A program made the translations under genes and the position numbers. This document shows positions 61,621 to 64,000 of a stretch of DNA of 64,000 nucleotides, in pieces. Under the pieces are notes generated by a model. It did no database searches. It worked only from the letters and a program-made list of their open reading frames with translations, and was not told the origin of the DNA. This DNA comes from Macrostomum hystrix (Eukaryota; Animalia; Platyhelminthes). Where the stretch lies: positions 2,294,001 through 2,358,000 of the forward strand of contig CATNEN010000010.1 in the NCBI GenBank assembly GCA_950097015.1. The letters are read 5' to 3'. Within the stretch, counting starts at the first letter, position 1; each line of letters starts with the position of its first letter.

Positions 61621-61735
61621 GCCGCCTAGTGGTTAGAGCGTCCGACTCATGACTTGAAGGTCGGAGGTTCGATTCTCGACTCTACTCGAACAATTGTGTC
61701 CTTTGGGAAGACACTCAACTCTGCATTGCTGCATT
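61621..61735 (+). mobile_element. tRNA-like head plus 5' half of the CORE of SINE family 1, inverted relative to the adjoining LINE 5' UTR
   Basis: A-box TAGTGGTTAGAGCG and B-box GGTTCGATTCT, then GTGTCCTTTGGGAAGACACTCAACTCTGCATTGCT; matches 35440-35533. Confidence 0.88.
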
Positions 61736-62117
61736 ATTGAATACGAGCTATACCTAAGACCTGAATCGCTCAATCTAAAGTTTCAATACGTGGCATAAAC
61801 CACCTGTTAAATTACGGAATTTTTTATTTTAAAAGACTCTTCATTTGGATACACTGAGACTGATTAATCGGCTGGCCAAAACACATGCTTTTAACAAAGA
61901 AAATGTAAGAAAAATGTTTTCGTTTATATTTACACTGGAAAGTAGTAGAATCGAAATATTATGAATCATTGCCTGTGCTGGTAACATACGTGATCCAGCA
62001 CAGCCGTCTATAAACTTAGCGCGTCACAAAGTGGCAACTTGTAAAAGTTAAAATGCGTCGCATGCTCTACTAAAAGTAGATAATGAAAAAGTAGTTCCTG
62101 GCGCTGATGAGTCCGCC

Positions 62118-62775
62118 TTAGCGCCCGCCATGTTTCAGTTCAACGTGACGCCGCAGAGCCGCCCTCGACGCAAAGATTCGACCGTCGCAGGCGGCGCAGA
62201 GAAACGAAGGCCTCCCAGCCGCGCTTAGACACTCGGCCGCGTGCTGACGGCTGTGGTCGGGACCGGTTCTGAAGGAGCCGCACAGGCCGCAGGCTCCGTT
62301 GGCTAGCTGGTGGTCGCGTTCAATGTGCTGAGCCAGCTGGCGACTGCTGCGGAAGGGTTCGGTGCTGCACCAATGGCAGCTAAAACATCCAGTGTGGAGC
62401 GGCTGGCTGGTCTGATGATTGTTGATGCCCGGCCGCGGATGCGACTGCCATGCGATCTTAGAGGGCAGCAGCTGTTGCAGCGGGAGCTGTAGAGTCTGTG
62501 GCCACCAAAGCCGACTGGCATCAGAAGGCACCGCAAGATGCTGTTGGAGCCGCTGCTGCTGTTGCTGCAGTGGCCGCAGCTGCAGCGGCTGCAGTGGAGG
62601 CGTTGAATGAGGTGGCGTTAGGGGCGGAAGCTGCTGTGGAGGCTGTGGACGCCAAGCTCGGCATTGCAAGCTGTCAGCGCCCCGTACAGCACAGCTAATG
62701 CAGGCACAGAGGCGGTCACTGACAATTTGCGGCGGACCCCATCGCCGTATCTGCTGCTGCTGCTGCTGCTGCTGA

Positions 62776-62807
<32 letters not shown>

Positions 62808-62812
62808 TTGTA

Positions 62813-62849
<37 letters not shown>

Positions 62850-63491
62850 CTGTTGTTGTTGCATTTGCTGCTGCTGTTGTTGTTGTATCTGCTGCTGCTG
62901 CTGTTGTTGTTGTAATTGCTGCTGCTGCTGTTGTTGTTGTATCTGCTGCTGCTGTTGTTGTTTTATCTGCTGCTGCTGCTGTTGTTGTTGTAATTGCTGC
63001 TGCTGCTGTTGTTGTTGTATCTGCTGCTGCTGCTGCTGTTGCTGCTGCTGATAATAAAAGTACGCGGAGAATGGCTGTGCTCGATTTAACCAAGAGTCTA
63101 ACTCGCTAGCAGCTTGCTGCGGTTGCTGCGGCGGTTGTGGCGGACACAGCACCGGTGGTGTGGGCGGCTGCGGCTCCTCTGGAAGCCACCATCTAAGATA
63201 GCCATTTTGAGCACTGTTCATTGCTGCCGAGGGTATCGAATTGCTGCGCTGCTGCGGCTTCGCCTTGGGTGCGGCTTCAGGTGCCGGCGGTGGCGCTGGA
63301 GGTTGTGCTGATGGCGGTAACTTGTGCGGAGGCGTCGGAGCCTCGCTGACGACATCCAGTTTCGACGAACCAGAATAGGACAAGTCGATGACTAGCCTGC
63401 CCTCGCAGTAATCTGAGTCGTCGAAATCGTTTTCATAATCCGAGTCTGTGAGCAGCTCGTGGCTCACGGCTGAGTGTTGGAGTTGCTGCAT
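62118..63491 (-). CDS. PolyQ-rich C2H2 zinc-finger protein, probably a transcription factor
   Basis: Intact ORF with three C-terminal fingers (CHWC..HIERDH, CGLC..H..EC, CAAC..HVELKH). Likely start is Met 63491, preceded by the acceptor TTCCTGCACTTTTAG; the ORF is open to 63545. Confidence 0.85.
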
Positions 63492-63567
63492 GCGGCTAAA
63501 AGTGCAGGAAATCGTAGATTTGGTATACTCGGTTAAAGTACGCAATGTACCGCAACACTAGGTAACA

Positions 63568-63875
63568 CTCAGTACATTTCGGTCATATTTAGAGACATTT
63601 CGGTAACATCCTTCAGTGTATCTAATTTCTAATTCTAACGATTCCAAGCACGTTGATCTTTAGCTTACAATATGTAGTTACATTGTTACACAAGAGGCAA
63701 CCATGATTTGGGTATGTATGGGACTTTTTATCGGTAACTATTTATGTTACCGAAATGTCTCAGCATGTTACCGAAATGTCTCAGCATGTTACCGAAATGT
63801 ACTGACTATTACCAAAATGTACCTGACTTGAAACCGAAATGTCTGTTACCGAATTGTCTGTTACCGAATTGTCCT
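63568..63875. mobile_element. Foldback/MITE-like element built from TTACCGAAATGTC subrepeats
   Basis: 63568-63609 (CAGTACATTTCGG..GACATTTCGGTAACAT) is the inverted copy of ~63765-63805; tandem ATGTTACCGAAATGTCTCAGC units continue to ~63875. Confidence 0.65.
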
Positions 63876-64000
63876 GCCCCCAATGGACTTCCTACCGGAG
63901 AACCCGGCATGAGCTCTTTTTAATTCGTGAATAAATTAAAGTACCGAACCAACTTGTCCAATAATTATACTCTTGTTAAATCCACATTAAAACGCCCAGT

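Noticed and set aside
61621-61695. tRNA gene (also at 35430-35490 and 36771-36840)
   Set aside because: A- and B-boxes are present, but no complete cloverleaf or acceptor stem, and the sequence runs on into SINE bodies.
62664-63093. Poly-Leu and poly-Ala/Thr ORFs on the + strand
   Set aside because: Antisense shadows of the polyQ tract of the minus-strand zinc-finger gene. The same applies to the shadow ORFs over HUWE1, OPA1 and 21524-21922.

Overview
This is eukaryotic, intron-rich animal genomic DNA, not prokaryotic. GC-rich exons sit among AT-rich spacers, and minisatellites fill many introns; this style suggests a free-living flatworm such as Macrostomum (inference). Genes recognised from their proteins and reconstructed exon by exon by eye: 5' part of HUWE1 (-), ACOT9, NDUFAF8, TTC36, OPA1, SSDP/SSBP and IAH1 (+). 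Also present: an intronless class A GPCR (-), an orphan 2-TM Q/P-rich protein (+) and two Q-rich zinc-finger genes. Mobile DNA includes an RNase H-bearing LINE with a 9-bp TSD, an internally deleted Ingi/Vingi-like LINE, two tRNA-headed SINE families, a hAT-like MITE, a foldback element and probable KDZ/CxC3 and MULE relics. Best leads: (1) the Ingi-like LINE's 5' UTR is the body of a CORE-type SINE, with the tRNA head inverted at the junction and a 2A-like leader peptide; (2) minisatellite units are related within a gene but differ between genes; (3) most genes have a splice acceptor 4-20 nt upstream of the ATG, and NDUFAF8-TTC36-OPA1 looks like a trans-spliced operon; (4) IAH1 exon 2 is flanked by inverted SINEs and has a duplicated donor. 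No CRISPR array, rRNA or true tRNA gene was found. All alignments were done by eye, and family names come from recalled motifs, not database searches.
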